15,358 bases of DNA from Bdellovibrionales bacterium (GTDB lineage Bacteria; Bdellovibrionota; Bdellovibrionia; Bdellovibrionales; UBA840). The DNA lies in NCBI GenBank assembly GCA_037969075.1, contig JBBKWS010000101.1, positions 1 through 15,358 of the forward strand, given 5' to 3'. Shown in pieces: positions 8,189-15,358 of the stretch. The notes below the pieces were generated by a model that did no database searches, had not been told where the DNA came from, and saw nothing but the letters and a program-made list of their open reading frames with translations. Numbering within the stretch: the stretch's first letter is position 1; every line of letters begins with the position of its first letter. A program made the translations under genes and the position numbers.

Positions 8189-8734
8189 TCATTCTTTTTG
8201 GGTGCTATACTCAAACCTAATTCTTCTAACCTCACCCCGCGCTTCAAATCGAGTATAACCCATAGATTCAAATACATTAACTTGGATGTAATCCACTATA
8301 TTTTTAAAAGCTCTAAATGATTGAATGACTCTAGTAAATGGCCTTTGATCCCAAAACTTATAGTTTATAGGCTTTGGGCGATCACGGCAGAAGCCAGTAA
8401 CCTTCATCATGATCGCTGCCGTTATGGCCCGTATGAATTTTGTATAGCTCTGTCGCCTAAACAGCTTTAGATGCAGATGAATGTGGTTTCCCACGTTAGC
8501 ATAGGATAAAATCTGTATATGATATTTACCTGCAAAAGATTGCAAAATCCGATCAATGTCTTTTTTATGTTTATTAAATGATAGCCTGCCTTGAGCCTTA
8601 GTAGATCTTAAAACTAAATGCATAGATTCTTTGGTAGACAAGGGTCTTTGTCTTTTTTGCGGGTTTTTAAGATCTCCGCCGTGATCCGTTTTATGGGGTT
8701 TAAATAATTTAAGCTGCCTAGTCTTAGATTTCAT
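8189..8734 (-). CDS. HUH/Y1 tyrosine transposase (IS200-like / REP-associated RAYT-like), stand-alone
   Basis: HLVLRS strand, HUH motif NHIHL, FWDQRPFTRVI and catalytic-Tyr helix DYIQVN. Start moved from TTG 8770 to ATG 8734 because 8765-8770 looks like the -35 element. Confidence 0.85.
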   Translation of the reverse strand: MKSKTRQLKLFKPHKTDHGGDLKNPQKRQRPLSTKESMHLVLRSTKAQGRLSFNKHKKDIDRILQSFAGKYHIQILSYANVGNHIHLHLKLFRRQSYTKFIRAITAAIMMKVTGFCRDRPKPINYKFWDQRPFTRVIQSFRAFKNIVDYIQVNVFESMGYTRFEARGEVRRIRFEYSTQKE

Positions 8735-8741
8735 TGGTGCG

Positions 8742-8770
8742 AAGGTATAATAAAACCGTGAATTTGACAA
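8742..8770 (-). promoter_or_regulatory. sigma70-type promoter TTGTCA-N17-TACCTT, 7 nt before the transposase ATG (leaderless candidate)
   Basis: Spacing read directly from the sequence; no SD before ATG 8734. Confidence 0.5.
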
Positions 8771-8863
8771 TCAAAATAGTGAGATGATAACAAGTAGCTA
8801 TAGAAATAGATTGTTGATACGGGTTACCCTACAGCGCATGGCTGGATCATTAAATGTGAGTTC

Positions 8864-9340
8864 TTACTGTCCTGCCGCCGGCTTGATTTCTTTAAAATCA
8901 TCTTGCGGGGCCAAATCTTTTAGGGTTTCGTCTTCCATAGTTTTTTGATCCTGGAAGGTTTTATTGGATCTTAGTTTTTGCGGTACACCCTCGATTATAG
9001 CTGTGGGCTCCCCATCCTTTATATATTCTTCTAAGTCTTTTTGCGTGTAACCAGAGCCATTTGGCCAAAGGATTTTATCTTTAGTTACTCGGTCCCCTGC
9101 GTAGACTACCTTGCCTTGATCAAATCTGATTTCTCTAAAAATTTCATTTTTGTCTTCATCATAAAATCTGTAGATCCAGATGTGTGGTTGCTGACGTTGT
9201 TTTACATCTAGGGGTGATCCAACCATTTCGGTTACATCAGCCTTGTCCATCCCCACCTTAACACCATCAAACTCTTTATATAATAAAGAACTACATGCTG
9301 TTAACTGTGAAAGTAGAAACACCAAAAGTAATACTCGCAT
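8864..9340 (-). CDS. bamE: outer membrane protein assembly lipoprotein BamE/SmpA family
   Basis: Lipobox LTAC; VKVGMDKADVTEMVGSP...WIYRF...IRFDQGKV SmpA/OmlA pattern; low-complexity C-terminal tail. Confidence 0.75.
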   Translation of the reverse strand: MRVLLLVFLLSQLTACSSLLYKEFDGVKVGMDKADVTEMVGSPLDVKQRQQPHIWIYRFYDEDKNEIFREIRFDQGKVVYAGDRVTKDKILWPNGSGYTQKDLEEYIKDGEPTAIIEGVPQKLRSNKTFQDQKTMEDETLKDLAPQDDFKEIKPAAGQ

Positions 9341-9831
9341 TAATTCACCACAAAGTCGATTTCCATGCGAACACTATTTGTTCCGCACAGTGAGTAAGAA
9401 TTATAAGTAGATTCATTTGCACTAAATATTTCTGATCTTGCTCCGGTTGAGCAGTTTTTAGTGTATAGCTTAATACCTACATTAGGAGTCATCTCATTAA
9501 TAGTTTCAAAACCTTTATAAAACTCTAACCTATGAGCTTCACGAATTATGCTGCCGTCTCCAGCCTCACGTCCACAATCTGAGTACGCTACTTCATTATT
9601 AATATCTACTTCTACGCTTGCTGGAACTGCAGAGCTAAATAAAAATCCATACTTTAAATATGGAACGGCAATAGCCATACAATTAACCACTCCACCCTCA
9701 CCAGGAGAAGTTGGGCCTCTTACAGAAGGGCCTCCAGAAACACTTTCAGATACATTTGCACAGTTTTGAAATGATAAAACCAAGACAAAGGAGCTTATGA
9801 GCATACTTATAAACATAAATTTTGATCGCAT
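9340..9831 (-). CDS. hypothetical lipoprotein with FQNC-type signal
   Basis: MRSKF + hydrophobic stretch + SFQNC, Gly/Pro/Ser linker, four further Cys. Start moved from 9867 to ATG 9831 (AGGAG SD). Its stop overlaps the bamE start (TAATG). Confidence 0.75.
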   Translation of the reverse strand: MRSKFMFISMLISSFVLVLSFQNCANVSESVSGGPSVRGPTSPGEGGVVNCMAIAVPYLKYGFLFSSAVPASVEVDINNEVAYSDCGREAGDGSIIREAHRLEFYKGFETINEMTPNVGIKLYTKNCSTGARSEIFSANESTYNSYSLCGTNSVRMEIDFVVN

Positions 9832-9855
9832 AATTTCTCCTTTCTCTCTACCTAC

Positions 9856-9883
9856 TATTCGGCTCAATTTAGTACAGACTTTA
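9856..9883 (-). promoter_or_regulatory. sigma28 (FliA)-like promoter TAAA-N16-GCCGAATA
   Basis: Minus strand TAAAGTCTGTACTAAATTGAGCCGAATA, 24 bp upstream of ATG 9831; resembles TAAA-N15-GCCGATAA. Confidence 0.5.
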
Positions 9884-9897
9884 GACCTTTTTGAGTC

Positions 9898-9912
9898 GTC
9901 TCATTTTGAGAC
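9898..9912. repeat. 15-bp palindrome GTCTCA-TTT-TGAGAC
   Basis: Perfect 6-bp arms in the intergenic gap, just upstream of the sigma28-like promoter. Confidence 0.55.
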
Positions 9913-9919
9913 ACATAAG

Positions 9920-10501
9920 CTATTTATCTATATGAATTTGCTCAAAACGGCTCTTAGGATCATTTGCCTTTTTGGCAGCCTCTTCTAGTTTTTTTAAGCG
10001 CGCTCTTTCGACCGCTTGAATTTCGGCGTCTGTTGGACCATACACTTTTTTGGCATGAGTTAAAACTCCATCAATTTTTTCTGCAAAGCTAATTTCTTCT
10101 TCTTCACGTAAATTTTGAATGCCATTTTTTTTATAAACACGATCGGTTTCATTGCCTTTTTCTGGATATTTATATTTAATGTCGTATTGTAATCTTCTAG
10201 CATCTTTATAGGTTTTTTTATTTTGCTTTTCGACTTCACTAATTTCGGTGATAATTTCCCCAATTCTAGTTTGATCAGTACTGTGATTCTTCTCTTCTAC
10301 CAGTCGATCAATTCTGTCATTGTTTTCTCGAATTCTTTCTAATTGACCGTTCAAAACCGTGATACTTTCATTATACTGACTAATTGATTTTTCTTTTGGT
10401 TTTTCTTCTTTGGATTCTTTTGCTATTGATTTCACTCCAAACAAAACCACTACAAGTAAGCTTGTAAAAAGAGTTTTGAATTTAGAGCCTAATGATCTCA
10501 T
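9920..10501 (-). CDS. hypothetical exported, charged coiled-coil protein
   Basis: Signal-like N-terminus (MRSLGSKFKTLFTSLLVVVLFGVKSIA) followed by Glu/Lys-rich helical sequence; start 10501 preferred over 10522. Confidence 0.7.
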   Translation of the reverse strand: MRSLGSKFKTLFTSLLVVVLFGVKSIAKESKEEKPKEKSISQYNESITVLNGQLERIRENNDRIDRLVEEKNHSTDQTRIGEIITEISEVEKQNKKTYKDARRLQYDIKYKYPEKGNETDRVYKKNGIQNLREEEEISFAEKIDGVLTHAKKVYGPTDAEIQAVERARLKKLEEAAKKANDPKSRFEQIHIDK

Positions 10502-11126
10502 GTTGTTTCCATTGTATATCAATGTCGAGATGCTTGATTCGCTGAATAAATAGGGCTGTTTTAACAGCGTTTACTCTTCGAATAATTAATCGGCCGTTTT
10601 TAATAGACCGAAGTAAATCATCGACATTCCAAAGGAATTTTTTATCCTCAATATGTAATCGGATTTCTTCTTTGATTTCTGCAGTATCTATTCCAGATAA
10701 ATAGATATCGTATAATATTCCACCGGTCTGACTAGACGAAAGTTCGGAATTTCCAAAAGCTACGACATCATCCATGCTGGCACTGTCTAAAACTCGCGTT
10801 GAACCTTCTTGTTCTTCTTCTAACAAATCTGCAACCGCTGGCAAATCAGAGCCGTCGGCAATAGCCATACCTAAGTCCTGCGACGGTTCGGCCTCAACCT
10901 TAGAGATATGAGGGTCCATATCAAAGCTATCGAAATTTTCAAAATTATTATCTACAGAAGGCTGTTCCACAGAGGGTGCTTCTACAAAGCCTGCAGGCTC
11001 GCCTACATCTTCTGCCAGAGTGACTTGCCCATCAAGATCGACAGATAAGAACACTTGGCATGAGGGGCAATTAAACATCCCAAAGTCAGCATCAATGGCC
11101 TGTCCACACTTAGGACATGCGGCCAT
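10482..11126 (-). CDS. hypothetical protein with N-terminal zinc ribbon, acidic linker and compact C-terminal domain
   Basis: CPKC...CPSC, long Asp/Glu-rich middle region; ATG overlaps the secA stop (TAATG). Confidence 0.8.
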   Translation of the reverse strand: MAACPKCGQAIDADFGMFNCPSCQVFLSVDLDGQVTLAEDVGEPAGFVEAPSVEQPSVDNNFENFDSFDMDPHISKVEAEPSQDLGMAIADGSDLPAVADLLEEEQEGSTRVLDSASMDDVVAFGNSELSSSQTGGILYDIYLSGIDTAEIKEEIRLHIEDKKFLWNVDDLLRSIKNGRLIIRRVNAVKTALFIQRIKHLDIDIQWKQHEIIRL

Positions 11127-13828
11127 TATTTAACTCCATGGCATTTCTTAAATTTTTTACCACTGCCGCAGGGACATGGATCATTTCGGCCAGGACCTGT
11201 TTCAGCTTTTACGAAAGGCCTTTTCTCTTGTTGCGGCTCTCCGCGAGAGAAGCTCATTTGCTGTTTAGGTGGGTTGGCTAATGGAGCTCCGCCACCACCC
11301 GCACCAGCATCTAGTGTTGGATGCGACATTTCGAAGTTTTGTGGGCCAGCATTTAACTCGAAATCTTCCTCAAGTTGTTCAATGTTTTCTTGTGGCATAA
11401 TTTGAACTTTAAAGATTTTTTCAAGTGCCTCTTCTTTAATATTTCTATCAAGCTCTTCGAACATTTTATAAGATTCTTTTTTGTATTCAATCAATGGATC
11501 TTTTTGCGCGTAGGCTCGCAAGTTAATACCTTCTTTTAGATGATCCATATTACGCAGATGTTCTTTCCATCTAGTATCAATCGTTCGAAGTAAAATCATG
11601 CGCTGGATTTGATGAAAAACTTGTCCAACTTGGCCTTCTTGCTTTTCATAAGCAGCTTTTACAGCGGCTCCAACAGATTTATCTAGGTTTACACTAGATA
11701 GTTTAGAGGATTCTAACTGTACACCAAACTGTTTGTTCAGAGTTATGTTTAAGCCTTGTAGATCCCACTTATCCTCTTTTATTTCATTAGCAGCATAAGT
11801 ATCTAAAACATATGAGGTTATATCACCCATCATTTCTTTGACTATATCTTCTGTTGATTCACCTAATAAGATTTCACGACGCAAACTATATATTGTTTTA
11901 CGCTGTTGGTTCATCACATCATCATATTCTAGAAGGTGCTTACGAATATCAAAGTTATGGCCTTCGACTTTCTTTTGTGCCCCTTCTACGGATCTTGTGA
12001 TCATCTTTGAATCGATCGGCTCATCCTCAGGAATATTTAAACGATTCATCCATTCTTTAATTTTGTCGCCTTGAAAGATGCGAAGTAGGTTGTCATCTAA
12101 TGATAGATAAAATCTAGATTCTCCTGGGTCACCTTGACGGCCAGCACGACCTCTAAGCTGATTGTCTATACGACGAGACTCATGTCTTTCTGTACCCATG
12201 ATATAAAGTCCGCCAGCTGAAATCACATCTTGTTTTTCGGCAATACATTGCGCTTTATACTTTTCAAATGCTTCTTTGTATTCTGGGCTATGCTCATCCT
12301 CATTAATACCCTTAGCCATGAACTCTGGGTTACCACCTAAAACAATATCAGTTCCACGGCCAGCCATATTGGTCGCAATAGTAATTGCACCCTTTCGTCC
12401 CGCCTGCGCAATGATCTCTGCTTCTTTTTCATGGTATCTAGCGTTTAGCACATTAGCTTTAACGCCGCCGCGTTTTAAGGCTTGCGCAATTTCTTCAGAT
12501 TTTTCAATGCTGATAGTACCAACAAGCACGGGCTGTCCAACTTCTGCTCGTGACTTAATATCTTCAATGATAGCTCTATATTTGGCATCAGCTGTTTTAT
12601 AAATAATATCATTTTTATCGACTCTACCAATACCCTTATTGGTCGGAATCACTGATACACCAAGGTTATAGATTTTTTTAAATTCTACCGCTTCGGTGTC
12701 CGCTGTACCTGTCATACCGGATAGCTTGTTATACATTCTAAAATAATTTTGAAATGTAATAGTCGCTAATGTCTGATTTTCTTTTTTAATCTGTACATCT
12801 TCTTTTACCTCGATAGCCTGGTGTAATCCATCAGACCATCTTCTACCCGGCATCAAACGCCCGGTGAATTCATCTACAATGACAATTTCACCATCTTTAA
12901 TCATGTAATCCACATCTTTTCTATATAAGTGGTACGCTTTCAAGCCATTATACAAATGATGTAGGATTTCAATATGCTTAGGATCGTAAACATTTTCGAT
13001 TTCTAATATTTCTTCTACCTTTGCGTTTCCTTCTTCAGTCAATGACGCAGTCTTGGATTTTTCTTCCATGGTAAAATGGACGTCACGCACAAGCTTTGGC
13101 ACTACTTTTCGGATAACTAGATATTTTTCGGTGTTATCTTCAGCGGGGCCCGAAATAATCAACGGTGTTCTAGCTTCATCAATTAAAATAGAATCGCACT
13201 CATCGACGATAGCAAAATTATGTACACGTTGAACGTAATCCTCTAAAGAATACTTCATGTTATCGCGAAGATAATCAAATCCAAATTCGTTATTTGTACC
13301 GTACGTAATATCACAGTTATACGAGCGCTTACGTTCTGCATCTGATAGGTCATGTAAAACCAGACCGACGCTTAAACCAAGCCAATTATATACTCTTCCC
13401 ATCCATTCAGCATCACGACGGGCTAGGTAATCATTTACCGTAACTAGGTGAGCGCCTTTTCCGGATAATGCATTTAAATACATTGGCGAAGTGGCAACAA
13501 GAGTTTTACCTTCACCTGTTTTCATCTCGGCAACAGTTCCGCGATGTAACATGATCCCACCGATTAGCTGTACATCATAGTGGCGCATGCCCAGAATTCT
13601 TTTTGATGTTTCTCTGACAACAGCAAACGCCTCAGGCAAGAGATCATCTAAGGTTTCACCTGCTTCAATTCTTTTTTTAAATTCTGGTGTTTTAGCTTGC
13701 AGCTCACTATCACTTAAGGCTTGTATCGTTGGTTCTAGATTATTAATTTTATCTACAATCGGTAGAATATCTTTCATCTGACGATCGTGTTCGGTGCCGA
13801 ATAATTTAGCAAAAATTTGTTGAATCAT
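11126..13828 (-). CDS. secA: preprotein translocase ATPase SecA
   Basis: EMKTGEGKT, VTVNDYLARRD, IVDECDSILIDEARTPLIISG, TNMAGRGTDI, HESRRIDNQLRGRAGRQGDPG and the SEC-C motif GRNDPCPCGSGKKFKKCHG. Confidence 0.99.
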   Translation of the reverse strand: MIQQIFAKLFGTEHDRQMKDILPIVDKINNLEPTIQALSDSELQAKTPEFKKRIEAGETLDDLLPEAFAVVRETSKRILGMRHYDVQLIGGIMLHRGTVAEMKTGEGKTLVATSPMYLNALSGKGAHLVTVNDYLARRDAEWMGRVYNWLGLSVGLVLHDLSDAERKRSYNCDITYGTNNEFGFDYLRDNMKYSLEDYVQRVHNFAIVDECDSILIDEARTPLIISGPAEDNTEKYLVIRKVVPKLVRDVHFTMEEKSKTASLTEEGNAKVEEILEIENVYDPKHIEILHHLYNGLKAYHLYRKDVDYMIKDGEIVIVDEFTGRLMPGRRWSDGLHQAIEVKEDVQIKKENQTLATITFQNYFRMYNKLSGMTGTADTEAVEFKKIYNLGVSVIPTNKGIGRVDKNDIIYKTADAKYRAIIEDIKSRAEVGQPVLVGTISIEKSEEIAQALKRGGVKANVLNARYHEKEAEIIAQAGRKGAITIATNMAGRGTDIVLGGNPEFMAKGINEDEHSPEYKEAFEKYKAQCIAEKQDVISAGGLYIMGTERHESRRIDNQLRGRAGRQGDPGESRFYLSLDDNLLRIFQGDKIKEWMNRLNIPEDEPIDSKMITRSVEGAQKKVEGHNFDIRKHLLEYDDVMNQQRKTIYSLRREILLGESTEDIVKEMMGDITSYVLDTYAANEIKEDKWDLQGLNITLNKQFGVQLESSKLSSVNLDKSVGAAVKAAYEKQEGQVGQVFHQIQRMILLRTIDTRWKEHLRNMDHLKEGINLRAYAQKDPLIEYKKESYKMFEELDRNIKEEALEKIFKVQIMPQENIEQLEEDFELNAGPQNFEMSHPTLDAGAGGGGAPLANPPKQQMSFSRGEPQQEKRPFVKAETGPGRNDPCPCGSGKKFKKCHGVK

Positions 13829-13836
13829 AATGAAGA

Positions 13837-13865
13837 ACTTTATCCGCTTTAAGGCGCTCTGTCTA
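13837..13865 (-). promoter_or_regulatory. sigma70-type promoter TAGACA-N17-TAAAGT, 8 nt before the secA ATG
   Basis: Fills most of the 41-bp trmL-secA gap; no SD upstream of secA. Confidence 0.5.
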
Positions 13866-13869
13866 ATCC

Positions 13870-14340
13870 TTATTTGCCTTGGATTTGCCTGTAAGCCTCG
13901 AATAATACAACCGAAACTGTATTAGCAACGTTATAACTGCGGATGGGTCCTAACATGGGTATTTTAATAGCTTGCTTTAGATTTGCGCGTATTAAATCTT
14001 CAGGTAAACCTTTTGTTTCTTTACCAAACATAAAGTGATCACCTTTTTCAAACTTTACATCAAAAATACTCGCCTCAGCCTTTGTGGAAAGATAAAAAAC
14101 CCGATCTGGCTTCGCTAGCGTTTGTTGCCAGTCAGTTAAATTGGCATATTCTTCTAACTCTAAGTTTGGCCAATAATCTAAGCCTGATCGTTTTAGATTT
14201 TTATCAGTTATTTCAAAGCCATATGGCTTTATCAGATGTAGCTTTGATTGCATCCCAACGCAAGTTCTGCCGATATTTCCTGTGTTGTTTGGAATCTCTG
14301 GCTCATGCAAAACAATATGAAAATATGGATCGTACTTCAT
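13870..14340 (-). CDS. trmL: tRNA (cytidine/uridine(34)-2'-O)-methyltransferase, SpoU family
   Basis: PEIPNNTGNIGRTC, LHLIKPYGF, KRSGLDYW, FGKETKGLP, IPM..IRSYNVAN. Confidence 0.95.
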   Translation of the reverse strand: MKYDPYFHIVLHEPEIPNNTGNIGRTCVGMQSKLHLIKPYGFEITDKNLKRSGLDYWPNLELEEYANLTDWQQTLAKPDRVFYLSTKAEASIFDVKFEKGDHFMFGKETKGLPEDLIRANLKQAIKIPMLGPIRSYNVANTVSVVLFEAYRQIQGK

Positions 14341-14342
14341 GA

Positions 14343-14936
14343 TTAGCCAAGGTAATGAAAGATTTCTTTGCCGAGTTTTGTTAAGGCCGGGCGTCTTCCT
14401 TTATCAACCACTATACCTCTTTTTTCTAACTCACGAGTTAAAGGAGTATAAGGAACTATTTCTCGCCCAGTACACTTACCTAATTTACAAATATAAGTCG
14501 CCTCATCTTCCGTTAGCTCACTAGTAACTGGAGCAGTAACTTCGATGTCTTTTTTCCAATCACCATCTGTGATTAATTTTGCAGCCTTTGGTACTTTTGC
14601 AGGATTAATGCTATATGCGTAAACTTCAAACACACCATTTTCTGTTGTGACTTGAATGAGCTTGCGGTGAAATAAGCTTTTTTCTGGCCTATCTTCTGAG
14701 TACGAAAAAAATTGATCTAAAAGTGGCCACAAGATATCCGTTGTCTTTAGTTCTATTAGCTCTCCTGCAATCTTATGTGAACCAATAGCGCTAAACACAG
14801 GAAACCCAACTTCTAAACGATATGCGCTTCCTTGAGTAACGGCCGGGGTAATCTCTAAAATTGCATCTTGTAGTAATTTGTGGTGAACCATACCCTGACA
14901 TAATGAGCCGCAAACGAACAGCGCGTGATTAAGCAT
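14343..14936 (-). CDS. gamma-glutamylcyclotransferase (AIG2/GGCT)-like protein with C-terminal extension
   Basis: LFVCGSL..G..HH, GFP, IAGEL, LLDQF, FHRKLIQV, AYS and I.DGDW follow the GGCT-like pattern. Start moved from 15050 to ATG 14936 (GAGGGG SD). Confidence 0.75.
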   Translation of the reverse strand: MLNHALFVCGSLCQGMVHHKLLQDAILEITPAVTQGSAYRLEVGFPVFSAIGSHKIAGELIELKTTDILWPLLDQFFSYSEDRPEKSLFHRKLIQVTTENGVFEVYAYSINPAKVPKAAKLITDGDWKKDIEVTAPVTSELTEDEATYICKLGKCTGREIVPYTPLTRELEKRGIVVDKGRRPALTKLGKEIFHYLG

Positions 14937-15115
14937 TTTATTTATCCCCTCTTTAGAACTTGTAACCAGAACGTGTGGTCTTATAACAAAAGGATTTTTA
15001 GAGATCAATAGCTCAAATGAATATAAAAATTTGCGCTGCATTGACTTCATTTTTTTCTTGCAGTTGATTTTCTTAGCGATTTGTAGAAATATGTTTTAAA
15101 TAGGTTGAGGTTGCT

Positions 15116-15358
15116 ATGTCTGCTAAATTCAAAGAGTTTGCTGAAAATTTATGGTTTCAAATAGAAGGTGATGTTGTAACTGTAGGCATCTTAGAAGAAG
15201 CCTTGAGCAACCTAGAGATTGTGAGATCCATTCACTTAGCTGAAGAAGGCGAAATCGTTGAGAGCGACCAAATTGTTGGCGACGTTAATGCTGACGAAGA
15301 ATCTGTAAGTGTTTATACGCCCTGTTCTGGTGAAATCATAGAAATCAATGAAACCATT
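15116..15358 (+). CDS. glycine cleavage system H protein-like (GcvH-like), lacking the lipoyl lysine; 3' end runs off the window
   Basis: Hand translation: MSAKFKEFAENLWFQIEGDVVTVGILEEALSNLEIVRSIHLAEEGEIVESDQIVGDVNADEESVSVYTPCSGEIIEINETI. The W..EGD..TVGI and YTP.SGE..E.N motifs match GcvH; GAGG SD at 15107-15110. Confidence 0.85.
   Translation, partial: MSAKFKEFAENLWFQIEGDVVTVGILEEALSNLEIVRSIHLAEEGEIVESDQIVGDVNADEESVSVYTPCSGEIIEINETI

Noticed and set aside
8746..8793. Plus-strand TATAAT (8746-8751) and TTGACA (8764-8769) as an outward promoter
   Set aside because: The two are in the wrong order to pair, and neither has a convincing partner element at the right spacing.
8821..8829. GGGT-T-ACCC as a REP or transposon end upstream of the transposase
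   Set aside because: Only 4-bp arms, single copy, unrelated to the downstream hairpin.
13840..13848. TTATCCGCT as a DnaA box upstream of secA
   Set aside because: Two mismatches, isolated, and part of the predicted promoter.
8099..14524. Short ORFs 8099-8320, 9548-9769, 9797-9988, 10060-10263, 11838-12074, 12276-12602, 13587-13781, 14082-14342, 14339-14524
   Set aside because: Overlap better-supported genes in antisense or another frame and show no family motifs.

Overview
AT-rich bacterial chromosome segment, most consistent with a Bdellovibrionota-type organism (inferred from the TIGR02147-family gene and an FQNC-type lipoprotein). Left to right: a partial TIGR02147/DUF4423 gene (- strand); a 474-bp intergenic region with four co-oriented DnaA boxes, DnaA-trio-like triplets and an exact TGACA-N6-TGACA direct repeat; and a haem operon hemA, fused hemC-hemD, hemL, sensor kinase, OmpR-family regulator, hemE, organised like the Leptospira hem/HemKR locus but without hemB. 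A run of minus-strand genes follows: a small secreted protein, a stand-alone HUH/Y1 (RAYT-like) transposase with an N-terminal QLKLF clamp-like motif, bamE, a lipoprotein, a secreted coiled-coil protein, a zinc-ribbon protein, secA, trmL and a GGCT-like protein with a C-terminal extension. The window ends in a partial GcvH-like gene lacking the lipoyl lysine. No rRNA, tRNA or CRISPR array was seen. All family calls come from motif recognition, not database searches.
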